DNA of 63,030 bases, the filler included, from Octopus bimaculoides (taxonomy: Eukaryota), in assembly GCF_001194135.2 (NCBI RefSeq). It is 6 parts of 6 records of this genome, joined end to end, with 100 filler letters (N's around TTAATTAATTAA, not from the genome) between each part and the next. Parts side by side here need not be neighbours in the genome. Positions count along the whole stretch, not along the records: positions 1 to 20,780 come from NC_068986.1; 5 more parts are not named here. One strand, given 5' to 3'. The notes under the pieces were generated by a model that was not told the origin of the DNA, ran no database searches, and saw only the letters and a list, made by a program, of their open reading frames with translations. Below, piece after piece: positions 1 through 12,965 of this stretch (the first letter of the stretch is position 1; the number at the start of each line of letters is the position of its first letter). Made by a program: the position numbers and the translations under genes.

Positions 1-37
<37 letters not shown>

Positions 38-49
38 CTCTCTACCGTT

Positions 50-225
50 TAACATCCAGCGTTAGCTTGTTTGCGTTCCCTTAACTTAATGGTTCGGCAA
101 AAGACCCGATAGAGGAAGTACTAAACTTAGAAAGAATAAGTCCTTGGGTCCATTTATTCGACTAAACCATGCAAGGTGACACCCTTTGCATGGCCAGAAT
201 TCAATAGCTGAAGATAAACGATAAA
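50..225 (+). mobile_element. SINE family A, diverged 3' half
   Basis: ggttcggcaaaagacccgataga...aagaataagtcc resembles the 3' half of the full copies at 8630-9008, 36680-37195 and 50727-51125. Confidence 0.7.
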
Positions 226-510
226 GTTTCCAGTTATAAGCTGAACGACAAACACTCTTTGACGCTAGCAGTTTCTCGAACCGTACTACTAAGTCCCCAC
301 TGCGTGAATTTTTATGGTTTTATTTCGATATATATAGTCAAACAGTGTTTACTTTTGAATTTCTGTCGTGACCAAAAATTTGGAACATAACTCTGAAAAT
401 TAGAATTTTGATATTAAATGCCCCAAATTATGTTTAATTTGGAATACATTCTTACTTGGGAAAACGTTTGGAACATAGGTGTGAGAATTAGAATTGAACC
501 ATTGGTTCAG

Positions 511-795
511 TTATAGGGTAAGTGTATCTCTACCTTGTATATGTTTGAATTGAACTGTACTTGGGCATAACAATTTGAATTTAAAATGAAATACTCCAAA
601 CGTTTTGGTCACGATTGTAGATATTTCTCTATGTTCATTGCTGAAGTCATAGACAAATAGATATGCAAGGAGATGTTCCATTTCAATTTTCCACATTGTG
701 GACATTTTTTCGCTGTAACCTTCGTATAATGCAGCTAGGGCACTAATAAGTAAGTTGAAAATATCTTGCATAGCACTATATTTTGTTGATGAGAG
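511..795 (-). CDS. Candidate terminal exon of a minus-strand membrane-protein gene (LSSTKYSAMQDIF...RDTLTL*)
   Basis: Strong acceptor tttttctttttttcactcctgtattttagttag; 94 open codons then TAA if the second AG is used; phase 0 fits the donor at 12757. Confidence 0.4.
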   Translation of the reverse strand, partial: LSSTKYSAMQDIFNLLISALAALYEGYSEKMSTMWKIEMEHLLAYLFVYDFSNEHREISTIVTKTFGVFHFKFKLLCPSTVQFKHIQGRDTLTL

Positions 796-1684
796 CTAAC
801 TAAAATACAGGAGTGAAAAAAGAAAAATATGTCCAAATAGTCACTTAATTAAAATTCCTTTTGGAGAGAGGAAAGCATAAGCTAAAAATGACTGAAAATA
901 AAATCTAGTCAACTTAAAGATGTGACAAATTCGAAAGTTTTAGAATTATGCACGCAGTGAAGACGCCGTAATCTGGAAGACAAAAATTGTTAACATGAGG
1001 CGTAATAGTAGTTTAATAACATCATTTCAAATGCCTTAAATTCTAATGTCACGCTACGAGCACTGAAGTCGAGGAGTAGAGGGATTACGAAAAAGAACAT
1101 TTTGCAGAACATTTAAGAATCAGAGATTCTCATACATAATTGTGAGAAGGAACTAACTATGTTTGATTCATTCAGTTCTGATGCAACCAAGAAAGATATC
1201 GGTAACCTGGGAATACGGTGGCACTTTAAATCGCACTTAAAAAAAACGTACTTTGAAAAACGCACCTAAACAAAATGATAAATGCCTCAAAAATCATTTC
1301 GAGTTCTACATGAAAAGTTGAGCCTATATTACACTTTAATGGATTTAAAACTCATTTCATGGAAAATATGCTACCAGTATTGGGATGCGTTTAGCATGTC
1401 CGTGCATCTTTTAAGCCATCAAATACGGTGATTTATAGAAATGTAGAAACATGTAATTTCTGTTTGTCGTTTCAGCCACAAAGATTGTGTGAAGGAGAGA
1501 GAGTGAGAGATAGAGACAGAGACAGACAGTGAGTGACGTTAAAGTAGAGACAGGCAGAGGGAGCGTGGAATAGAGCATAATATGTTTGTCCGGCAACATG
1601 GTAAATCAAACAATTTTAAATTTCCCTGAATGAGGCAATGACATGTGACAAATGATCTTCCTATTTCTCCTGTTCCTGTCTGTT

Positions 1685-1734
<50 letters not shown>

Positions 1735-2532
1735 TATGTCTCTCATTCACGCACACGGAACACAAACGCACATGATTAAAAACCATTTATATGATACCCA
1801 TCATACATACGTGTACCCATGTAGCTACCATCGAGTACAACTAGTCCCTTTCGGACGACGTATCAATAAAAGATCCCAATGCAAAGCAATGCTTTCAGGT
1901 AATTAGAGGATAAATTAATGACTAACTACTGCTGTAATTAATACATCAGTGTGAAAGATGTGGGATCGATTCCAGTAGACAGAGGTTTCCATTGTTAAGC
2001 ATCAATCATCCGTATGAAGGGAGGAAATCGAGTCATGTTAATTTAGAAAATCATTTGCATGTGTAAAACACAACTACACGTGTGCATTCATATTTATACT
2101 TCTTTCACAATCTTTGCCTCTCTCTCTCTCCCCCTCTAATATATGTATGTGTGTTGTTATATTTCTGCTGCTTTTAAATAAAGCATATTACTCTACCTCT
2201 GGTATTTGAGTACTCTTTTTTCCACCTTGTTGCACATTTCATGTGCTTACTCCGGTATATATAAATATATATATTTGAAGTAAAGCAACAAAGTACCACA
2301 TTTAATCTTTTTATTAAATCTATATTATTATATATATATNNNNNNNNNNNNNNNNNNNNNNNNNNNNNNNNNNNNNNNNNNNNNNNNNNNNNNNNNNNNN
2401 NNNNNNNNNNNNNNNNNNNNNNNNNNNNNNNNNNNNNNNNNNNNNNNNNNNNNNNNNNNNNNNNNNNNNNNNNNNNNNNNNNNNNNNNNNNNNNNNNNNN
2501 NNNNNNNNNNNNNNNNNNNNNTATATATATAT

Positions 2533-2582
<50 letters not shown>

Positions 2583-2636
2583 CACACACACAAACATGCA
2601 CACACACACGCGCGCACGCACATGCGCGCACACAAG

Positions 2637-3936
2637 CGAGGGGTGTTCATTAAAGATTTCCCTGGCCCACTTTGCAAGGACTGGGATAAACGAAACCTGG
2701 TATAATTATTAGTCATTCTCTACATACACACCACCAATGATGTCACACTTCTTCTATCGCTTTATGCAGCTGTGAAGACCTCAACTGTAGAAATCGGTAG
2801 GCTGTGTGTGGAGCCAAGACTTAATGACGGATATAAGTTCATCATCATCCGAAATGTCCTTTGCCTTCAAAAAGGACTTCATAATTGGAAAGAGGTGGAA
2901 ATCAGACGATGCAAGGTCGGGATTGCAAGAAGGATGAGGAATGATTGCATAGGTGCAGGAGTGTGCTTTCATCTGGGCAACATGCGCATTGTGAACTGGG
3001 GCATTGTCTTGGAGGAGGTGGACTCTTTTGGTCAGCATGTCATGCCTCTCTGCTTTGATGGCGTCCGGCAATTTCTGTAGCAGAGAAGCATGCTCCGTTA
3101 ATTGTAGTGCCATTTGCCAGAAAATCCATCATCACTACTCCGAGCTGGTCCCAAAAGACTGTCCAAAAATGCTGGTCCCAAAAGGCATCACTTTACCTAC
3201 TGTTGTTTGGACACGAGCCTTCTTTCGAAGTGGTGAGTTATCATGTTTCCATTCCTTCTAGTCTCAGGTTCATAGCGATGGACCCACGTTTCATCCTATG
3301 CGATAAGTGTGCCGAAAAAGTCCTCCTCATCTTCTTGGCACATTGCCAAAAGAGCCTGGGAGCAATTGACTCGTTCCTGCTTCTGGAAAGATGTGAGCAT
3401 CCAGGGAATCCAACGTGCATACAACTTTTTCATGTTCAAATCGTCCTGAATGATTTTTTTCCCATAGACACTACACTTAGCTTCACTCCTTGGGCTAGTT
3501 GTGGAATAGTTATGCGGTGACCCTCTAAAATGGCGGCTTCCACTTTATGAATTGTGTCATCATCAATGGCGGAATGTGGTCGTCCAGGAATAGGAGCAGT
3601 TTCCATCGATGTCCGACTACATTTGAAATGGCGATGCCAGTGCTTGACTACGTCGTATGATGGTGCATTGTCACTACAAACTTCTTTCATCTCATTGAAA
3701 GTCTCTTTTGGTATACGACATTTCAAGTATAAGAACCTGATTACTGATCTGCATTCAACTACGTCCATTATAATACTTTAGTCCATTTCAGCAGCCGTAA
3801 AAGACAAACGAATAGTAGAGGAAAGATGCAATTTACAATGTGATATGTAGAGACATATATTATTATACCTGTACAAGTAGCGTTTTCTGTAATAACCGGA
3901 AGTAGGTAGAGAGAAATCTTTAATGAACAGCCCTCG
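2637..3936 (-). mobile_element. Mariner DNA transposon, full length (1300 bp), transposase disrupted
   Basis: 27 bp TIRs at 2637-2663 and 3910-3936 (25/27 identical). ORF pieces: N-terminal HTH (RSVIRFLYLK...GRP) and catalytic C-terminus (QDNAPVH, HPSCNPDLASSDFHLF); frameshifts and stops. Confidence 0.93.
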
Positions 3937-3982
3937 TGCGTGTGTGTATGTGTGTAAATATATATATATATATATATATATA

Positions 3983-4260
3983 CTCTTTTACTTGTTTCAG
4001 TCATTTGACTGCGNNNNNNNNNNTATATATATATACTCTTTTACTTGTTTCAGTCATTTGACTGCGGCCATGCTGGAGCACCGCCATTAGTCGAGGAAAT
4101 CGACCCCACGACTTATTCTTCGTAAGCATAGTACTTATTCTATCGAACTCTTTTGGCGAACCGCTAAGTGACGGGGACATAAACACACCAGCATCGGTTG
4201 TAAAGCAATGCATGGGGCACAAGCACAGACACACAAACATACACACACACACACACACGC
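3983..4260 (-). mobile_element. SINE family A, 3' half
   Basis: Reverse complement of the family 3' end (ctgaaacaagtaaaagag); ends are duplicated across the 10-N gap at 4014-4023. Confidence 0.85.
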
Positions 4261-4262
4261 AT

Positions 4263-4297
<35 letters not shown>

Positions 4298-5208
4298 NNN
4301 NNNNNNNNNNNNNNNNNNNNNNNNNNNNNNNNNNNNNNNNNNNNNNNNNNNNNNNNNNNNNNNNNNNNNNNNNNNNNNNNNNNNNNNNNNNNNNNNNNNN
4401 NNNNNNNNNNNNNNNNNNNNNNNNNNNNNNNNNNNNNNNNNNNNNNNNNNNNNNNNNNNNNNNNNNNNNNNNNNNNNNNNNNNNNNNNNNNNNNNNNNNN
4501 NNNNNNNNNNNNNNNNNNNNNNNNNNNNNNNNNNNNNNNNNNNNNNNNNNNNNNNNNNNNNNNNNNNNNNNNNNNNNNNNNNNNNNNNNNNNNNNNNNNN
4601 NNNNNNNNNNNNNNNNNATATATATATATATATATATATACAGACAAAAATTTGTTTGCGTGTGTAATTAGTTCAGTATTCGTCTTGTGATAACATATCT
4701 TATAGAGTGTTAAAAACACTATAAATATTGGAGGGAAATTCAAAATCACCCCAATAGCATATAGGCCTGTTGGGGCCTTTTCTGTGGAGTATACTTTCAA
4801 GCAGACACACACCTATCAACGGTATGTATGGATTAATTAGAGTATTTTAATTTAGTACTGCCTCAGTTGCACAAACCAGATTTTTATTCAGCCGGCCAGC
4901 TATACGCAACATCAACCTACTTCATATTAACCTACTTCAGAGATTATTGAAGCACCCGAAAAGATCGAAACTTACTTGGCGTTTTCTCTGACCGTTGCTG
5001 GGTCTATTTCCATTTTCCTCTTGTATCTTTTGTCCGTTTAACATAGTACGTTTATAACAGATGTTATCTCAGGATGAATACTGCAGTAAATTGCCTTACA
5101 TTATGTGTGATAAATTGAGGGTGGGCTGTATATATATATCCTTAAGCACACAGCTTGAGTAATCATCTACTCCCACATGTTTGCAGCTGAGAAATGTACT
5201 TCTCTCAG

Positions 5209-5245
5209 GAAAACTCAAAAAACATAATCAAATATAATCAAAATA
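5209..5245 (+). CDS. Candidate short plus-strand exon (ENSKNIIKYNQI, phase 0 to 1)
   Basis: acttctctcag| acceptor and |gtaagt donor; only one of three frames is open. Confidence 0.25.
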
Positions 5246-5633
5246 GGTAAGTATATGGAAAGACTACAGCAAAATTTGAGAGCTTTATACATGTGTATGT
5301 ATGTATGTATGTATGTATGTATGTATGTATGTATGTATGTATATCTACCTGCAGATTTGTATGCTGCATATCTAGACATGCTCTTATATGTTTAAATGAT
5401 AAACTTCTGGAAAGCTTTACAGATTTTTACAGTTCCAGTGATGGATTGGATCTGTAGTCTTCGAATTAGCTTTCACCTTTCTGGTTTTCAGAAGCCTAGT
5501 TTCTTAAGATTGGTATTTAGGCAGTGTTACATATCCCAGGGCCCCAATAATTACAAGTATATACTTGAACTTGTAATCTGGATTGAGAAATTTCAGATTT
5601 CTCAATGTTTGTATGTATGTCTGTATGTATATA

Positions 5634-5850
5634 CGAGGGGTTCTGAAAAGTTCCTGGCTTTGGGTAAAAGAAAATACAGAACGGTCTATTAATCATGGTT
5701 TTATTCAACATATTCTCCCCTCAGATTCACATACTTATTCTAACGGTTCTTCAGTTTTTGTAAGCACTATAAAAGAACTTGGAAGGTAAGGCTCCAACTA
5801 GGACATTTGCAATACCCTTAAAGCCCGGAATTTTACAGCAGCCTCTCCTA
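5634..5850 (-). mobile_element. Mariner 3'-end fragment with one TIR
   Basis: TA|cgaggggttctgaaaagttcctggc TIR followed by decayed transposase C-terminus on the minus strand. Confidence 0.7.
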
Positions 5851-6025
5851 TGATGTGTGAATGTATGTATGTATTATGTATGTATGTATGTATGTATGTA
5901 CGTACGTACGTATTACACAATAGAGACGCCTCTATCTTCTCAGCGGTTTAAGTTTTTCTGCATTGAAATTAACCTCTTTATCAAGACGATAACAATAAAC
6001 ACCGACACACCCAAGACCAAAACCA

Positions 6026-6039
6026 CCAACACCACCACC

Positions 6040-6116
<77 letters not shown>

Positions 6117-6130
6117 AACTACTACTACCA
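6026..6130. repeat. (ACC)n/(ACT)n microsatellite
   Basis: Direct reading. Confidence 0.95.
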
Positions 6131-6337
6131 GCTGATCGGCATTAATTATCATGCTTAGATTTGCAGCGTTAAATTAATCTTCATTAACTGATCCAAGATC
6201 ATACATGAGATGAGAGCCAACGTAAAGTGTAGTGACAAATCTGATCTGTCGTCTCCGTAATTAGTGGTCAACGAGGGCATTCTTCAATGAGACCACAAGC
6301 TACGTAAAAATCAATGGCGTGCGCTCGTGTTATAGGG

Positions 6338-6375
<38 letters not shown>

Positions 6376-6883
6376 GATATGGTATATATATATATATAAA
6401 TATATATATCATATATATCATATTTATGTATGTACATATATGTAGAAATATCTGTAAACACATACAAACACACAAACATATATACATTCTCTCTCTCTCT
6501 CCCTATATATNNNNNNNNNNNNNNNNNNNNNNNNNNNNNNNNNNNNNNNNNNNNNNNNNNNNNNNNNNNNNNNNNNNNNNNNNNNNNNNNNNNNNNNNNN
6601 NNNNNNNNNNNNNNNNNNNNNNNNNNNNNNNNNNNNNNNNNNNNNNTATATATATATATATATATATACATGTACATGCATATATACATATGTACATACA
6701 CCAACATGTATATACACATATATGTGTGTGGGGGGGTGCATACATACAAATATAAACATGTATGTGTATATTCACATGTATACACACGCGTGAGTATATA
6801 TTCACACACAAACACACACACACTCACACACACACTATTCATGGTGAGCCCTTTGAATTTAATCAAAAGTGTGTATGTCCATG

Positions 6884-6961
<78 letters not shown>

Positions 6962-7664
6962 TGTTCGTATGTGTGTTTTTATTGTTGATTTATCTGCTGT
7001 CTGTTTATTGGATGTTCTGATGAACGTCTAGGTCGATGAACGATTGATTTGATGGATGGCTGGATAGAATGATTGTTGGCCGGCAGAGTGGTTGGCTGCA
7101 TATATTGTTAAATTGATCTACAAATTGTTGGATTAATGGCTCTCAGGAACGATTCTTTCTATGGATTGTAACAAGGATGCTTTTGTGGAACACCGAGCTA
7201 CGTAAATTTAAGTGTTTAATACAGGCATTCTACCCACTGATTTCAAATCCCAGCGGAGGCCTATTTGCATTTCATTCATCTAAGTTCGCCAAATTTAACA
7301 GTCCCATGTGTATCTGTGAAAAATTTGGTTTTAGATTAGTTTATGTAAATCAAAAATATAAAAAGAATCAAAGTGATGGGCGCGACTGGAACACTTGTGA
7401 CAACAGGACATTTAAAAAAAAATTAACCATCACNNNNNNNNNNNNNNNNNNNNNNNNNNNNNNNNNNNNNNNNNNNNNNNNNNNNNNNNNNNNNNNNNNN
7501 NNNNNNNNNNNNNNNNNNNNNNNNNNNNNNNNNNNNNNNNNNNNNNNNNNNNNNNNNNNNNNNNNNNNNNNNNNNNNNNNNNNNNNNNNNNNNNNNNNNN
7601 NNNNTATATATATATATATATATATCCATGTGTGGGTGTGTCTTTGTGTATGTGCTTGTCCCCC

Positions 7665-7900
7665 ACACACACCACCACACCACACCCTACTCTACCCACT
7701 GCTTGACAACCAGTGTTGGTGTGCCTACATCTCTGTAACGTAGCAGTTCGGCAAAAATGATCGATATAATAAGTACCAGGTATTTTTAACAAATAAAAAC
7801 AGGTCTTGGGATCGATTTGTTCGGTTAAAGCCCTTCAAGGCGATGCCCCAGTATGGCCTCAGTCAAATGACTGAAACAAGTAAAAGAAAGAAAAATATAA
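7665..7900 (+). mobile_element. SINE family A, 3' half
   Basis: gcttgacaaccagtgttggtgtg...gactgaaacaagtaaaagaaag. Confidence 0.85.
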
Positions 7901-8629
7901 AAGACCATTAAACAACAGCAACCATAACACCAGAGCCAAAATCAGATCCTTTACAAGTGAACGATGTCATCGAACTAGCTAGAAATCACAACTCGTTCTC
8001 CCTCAAATTTTCCATAAAATAGAACCCATTCTTCTTCAGTTCAGATCTTACTGTCTTTAGAATATGGAATGACGGAATGACTCACTGGATGATGTTGTTC
8101 TTGAAAAGTTACGCCTAAGAGAGGGTGGAGTGGGACGGTATCGATTACAAAGCCCTTATTAACAGATAACATCTTGCATAGAAAAAAAAATCATTTTTTA
8201 TAGTTATTAACTTTATAGTGAAAGCAATTTTTGAAAGGAAACGAAAGGTCGACTAAATCGACCTACTACACTATTGATATTTCACCAATTAGGAAAAGAC
8301 AAATCGCAAATACATATTAACTCTATTTTCATAGAAGTTTCCCTACAAACATTGCCTTACAAAAGTGCTCCAGTTGGACAGTGACCACGTCAATAAAGCA
8401 AGTTTTGGTGAATGTACAAAAGTTTTAGAATAATCTCAGTATCTTGTAACTAAGATTTAAAACAAAAGTAGAGCGAAATTTCTTTCGACAATGAGTATCA
8501 TCATGAATCTTAAGACTGTTTGTCTATTTCTTGCTCCTTTCAGCAAATAATAACTCTAACTTATAATAAAATCTCAATGGCAATACAGAACCATAAACCT
8601 ACTAATGTATATCGTTAAATATTTTTTTA

Positions 8630-9008
8630 TTCTTTTACCTGTTTCAGTCATTTGACTGTGGCCACGCTGGAGCGCCGCCTTTAGTCGAACAAATCGACCC
8701 CAGGACTTATTCTTTGTAAGCCTAGTACTTATTCTATCAGTTACTTTTGCCGAACTGCTAACTTACACGGACCTAAACACACCAGCACCGGCTGTCAAGC
8801 GATGTTGGGGGAGGGGGAAAACACACACACACACACACATATATATACGACGGGCTTCTTTCAGTTTCCGTCTATTAAATCCACTCACAAGGATTTGGTC
8901 GGCCCGTGCCTATAGTAGAAGACACTTTCCCAAGATGCCATGCAGTGTTACTGAACCCGGAAACATGTGGTCGGTAAGCAAGCTACTTACCACACAGCCA
9001 CTCCTGTG
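8630..9008 (-). mobile_element. SINE family A, full length (tRNA-like head, CORE-like segment, internal microsatellite, 3' tail)
   Basis: Minus head caggagtggctgtgtggtaag...ccgggttcagtaac with A/B-box-like motifs, then cttgggaaagtgtcttc. Confidence 0.9.
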
Positions 9009-9194
9009 AAAAGTATAAATATCACAATCATTTGTCTACATAAATGTAAAGTCATTTTATCAGAGAATTCGTTGCTGTAAACTAGATAGCCAAACGCTCT
9101 TCGGACTTAGTAGCTCACTGAGTTTAATGCACTTTTAGAACGATTTCTAATATAATGCCTCAAATCTGATGGAGATATATATAGCCGATGGAAT

Positions 9195-9345
9195 CAACAT
9201 GGTACTTAACAGGTATTTAATTTTATCAACCTCGGAAAGATGAGAAGCAGAGTAAACCCCGGTGGAGTTTGAGTTCAGAATGAAAAGGGACATGACTAAA
9301 TACCTCAGAATATCTTGTTGATTGCCATTTTGCCATTTCGCCGAA
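9195..9345 (-). mobile_element. SINE family B, diverged
   Basis: Reverse complement of ctgaactcaaactcc...tttccgaggttgataaaattaa matches family B copies. Confidence 0.65.
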
Positions 9346-9783
9346 TTCCTTAAGTAGTAGGATATAAATATCTTTAAAATTCTCTGGAGTATTCGCAAAA
9401 GTATTTGTGAAATATCGCAAATTTTGATTTTGTCGTTCACGCCTCTGATATTGATAAATGTACTTTTAAGTCCCAACCTGAAGTACAAACTTCTCTAGCC
9501 TGAACCGTACATTTGTAGAGAAAAGAAAATTATTAAATATGGCATTCATTATTTATTCAAAGATATTTAATAACCTATGTTTGCCAAAATTTCCTGCTTT
9601 TGTTTTATAGTGTTTAGTTTATTTACAAGCTTGAAACAATTGCAAAGGAATGAAAGCCACTACTTGGACAGAGAATGCAAGCATGCTGATAGTTCAAAAA
9701 TACAGACATAATCGTAGTTGAGATGTAAAAGGAAAAGGAGAAGAATGAGTTCATTTTTAATGGTCTGTTCTAAAGGATGGCTC

Positions 9784-9968
9784 TCAGAGTGGTTGTAGTT
9801 TATTTTTCCTGGAATAGCTGCAAGTCTGCGTTTGCAGTAAAGACATAAGCAGGAAGCAGAAAATTACGAAAGGATCTTTCAATTTTGTCAAGTCTGCATA
9901 ATGGTGGTGAACTGTTTGTTGAAACTGCGACGTAAACGCTTCTATCTCGGCCTTCAACGTAACCAGTA
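9784..9968 (-). CDS. Candidate minus-strand exon (LVTLKAEIEAFTSQFQQTV...)
   Basis: Follows a long CT tract ending ctctcag|; coding-like composition; phase does not match the donor at 12757. Confidence 0.2.
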
Positions 9969-11357
9969 CTGAGAGACAGAATGGTAGGGAGAGAGAGGGG
10001 GAGGAAGAGAGATATACAAAGAGAGAGGAAGAGAAAAAAGGCAAATAGAGAGAGAGGAAGAGAAAGAGAGAGATAAGAAGAGAGAGACAGCGTAAGAGAC
10101 AGAGAGATAGAGAGAAACGAAGGGGGAAAGGAAGAGAAAGAGAGAGAAGAAGAGAAAGCAAGAGAGGGAGAAAGAGAAGAAAAAAGAAAGACAAAGAGAG
10201 AGAGGGGGAGAGGGAGATTTTACAAATGGATAACATTCTGTGAAGGAATGCTTATGCTTGATAGTCAGTGCGCGGTCTGGAGAGGAAGTGAATACAATAT
10301 TTCTCAGGAGATGAGGAAAGGCAGATTAGTGGGGGTAAACCTGAGAGGAGGTGGCGCGAGAACTTTAACCATTTCTGCGGTATGCATGAACGCCATATGT
10401 TCACATTTTCTTTTAGCTGAAAGAGAAATTCTAAGCTTTCTGACTAAGAGAATCAATTTCTTGCTCTCATTAAACCCAGTAATTATAATTAAAAAAAAAA
10501 AGAAAAAGGAAAAAAACAACAAAGGAAAGAAAGACAGGATTATAAATGAAGATGCAATAAGTAATAAGAGAAGTGAAATTAGAATAATATCGGCGACTTT
10601 GGCAATAACAAAAACAACAGTGACAACAACAATAACAACAACAACAATAACAACAACAACAACAACAACGGCGTATCCTATAAAACAAAGCAGAATGTAC
10701 TAATCAAAAACGGAACATAATAGATTAGAAAATAACTAAATTTGTGTTGACCAGGCTCCGTCAAAGTCACACCTTTTATTATCTTCGTGTTTTTTCTTCC
10801 TATTTTCCCTTCTTTTTGCGAAAATGTGAAATGTGAATAACTTGGAAAGAAAAAAAAAAAATAAAGAAAAAATAAAAACGGCAAATTCACAAAAGATTAC
10901 AAAATTTGACATAAAAATATAAAATTAAAATAAATTTGTAAAAAAAAAAACAATCAAGGGAGGTGATTAGAGGAAAGGAAGGTAAGGTGGACACTCGCTT
11001 AGTATGACATTGTAATTAAAATATTAATTTTAATTTAGGAAAGAGAAAAAACTGAACTATGTAATTATTATTATAAATGGTGCTGTAGTTCTTGTTGTTG
11101 TTGGGGTCGTTCTTGTCGTCGTTGTCATGGGGATCATCATCATCCACATCATTATCACCACCATCACCATCGTCGTCGTCGTCGTTATTATTATCAACCT
11201 GTCTCTTTCTTCCTATCTTTATATCTCTTTATCTTCACATCCCTCCTTTCGTTCACCTTCTACATCGCCCTCTTACACCCATGTGTACATCGTATATTCA
11301 TGCATAAATGTATGTATGAATAGATATCTATAGGAGTATATGTATATGTATGTATGT

Positions 11358-11745
11358 ATAAAGTGTAGTATATTGCCACTTAAGTGTGGCTGACCCCTAG
11401 GGGTGGATGTTACTGTTGCTTTTAGCCCCAGGAGGACATCTCCTCCAGCTGGCTTATCGACACACTACTGTGTCCTGTTTGCCAAGGGAAGTCATCCCTC
11501 CCATCATGATCTGTAGCACGAACGGACCCGGGTTTCAGGGTTATTTCCCTAACCCTAACCCTAACCCTAACCCGGGTCCGTTCGTGCTACAGATCATGAT
11601 GGGAGGGATGACTTCCCTTGGCAAACAGGACACAGTAGTGTGTCGATAAGCCAGCTGGAGGAGATGTCCTCCTGGGGCTAAAAGCAACAGTAACATCCAC
11701 CCCTAGGGGTCAGCCACACTTAAGTGGCAATATACTACACTTTAT
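11358..11745. repeat. Perfect 177 bp inverted repeat with 34 bp spacer (foldback/MITE-like)
   Basis: 11358-11534 is the exact reverse complement of 11569-11745 (compared base by base); TA at 11359-60 and 11743-44 could be a TSD. Confidence 0.97.
11547..11573. repeat. Interstitial telomeric repeat (CCCTAA)4CCC
   Basis: Direct reading; TTAGGG is the common metazoan telomere repeat. Confidence 0.9.
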
Positions 11746-12327
11746 CGTGCAGTTACTGTTAATACTTCATTTAGAAAATTAACATTGTATGTATGTATAT
11801 ATATACATGTATGTGTGTGTATAGATATGTAAATGCATAGACATGTAAATATAAAATCTAAGGATCCAGATGTAGAAAATTAGTAAGCCTCGAAAAGTCC
11901 ATAGAATGTATAAAACAAAAAAATAAACAACTTTCATGAATAATAGTAATTCCGTGGCGGAAAAGGTTGTAAGTTTTTCCCATATCGAAGTTCGATAAGA
12001 CGGAAAAATTCTTATAGTTCACGATTAGCAACTAGGGTTGCTATATATGCAAATAGCCTGGATTTTAACTGCTCCACTCCCTCAATTTGGATTTAGGTGT
12101 GTGTGTATGTGTTTGTGTGTGTGCACGCGCGCTGTATTTGTGTTTATGTATGTATGTATGTATGTATTTATGTATATGGCGTAGTCTTTATGTCAGATAT
12201 TTCTGATATTTTCTTTATACCGACAAAACTTTCTTCTGAATTTCAATATTTGACGTTTATAGTTAAACATGTAAAAAAATTTTTTAAATGCCAGTTACAT
12301 TTCTATTGTGAAACTTATGCTCTAATT

Positions 12328-12385
12328 CAGAAAAAAGTGTAGGTGGTTAGCTGTCCCACAGCTAACCACCTATACTTTTTTTCTG
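12328..12385. repeat. 27 bp near-perfect hairpin, CCC loop
   Basis: cagaaaaaagtgtaggtggttagctgt / acagctaaccacctatactttttttctg; one G-T pair and one bulge. Confidence 0.9.
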
Positions 12386-12519
12386 CAAAATAGGGGTAGT
12401 TTATCCTGTTCAGGCTATATTATTAGCATTATCCTGCGATTGAGAATTTAAAAATCACTTCTTTAACTTTCTAAGACATCTCAAAGTTTCTAAAAGCGAA
12501 CTTCGTTTATTTGTTTACG

Positions 12520-12559
<40 letters not shown>

Positions 12560-12686
12560 TAGATACATACATACGCACGCACATATGTATGTATGTATTT
12601 ATGTATGTTTGGACAGATAAATAGACAGACAGACAGCCATACAGATGGATGGGCATACAGACATACAGATAGATAGGTAGATTGAC

Positions 12687-12751
<65 letters not shown>

Positions 12752-12756
12752 CTTAC

Positions 12757-12965
12757 CGATGGAATTTCGAAGATCAAAACTGTTAAAGGCAATATAGTCG
12801 AAATATCTAGCAATTCATTAAAGTATGTTCTAGTACTGAGTTCAGTTTTGCTTATTTTAACGTCATTTCTATGATAATGACAGATTTTCCGCCTGGAACG
12901 AATGTATTGAATTACCGTGTAAATGGCTGTGTATATCACGGATAAGTATACCCATATAGACATTC
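12757..12965 (-). CDS. Candidate internal exon, membrane protein (TM-loop-TM, possibly GPCR TM5-ICL3-TM6)
   Basis: ctttctcttcttag| acceptor and |gtaagt donor, 209 bp open (phase 1 to 0): [26 protein letters not shown]...[16 protein letters not shown]. Confidence 0.55.

Noticed and set aside
1820-1896. Plus-strand peptide YHRVQLVPFGRRINKR as a neuropeptide precursor exon
   Set aside because: Weak acceptor, no signal peptide and no recognisable peptide family; dibasic sites arise by chance.
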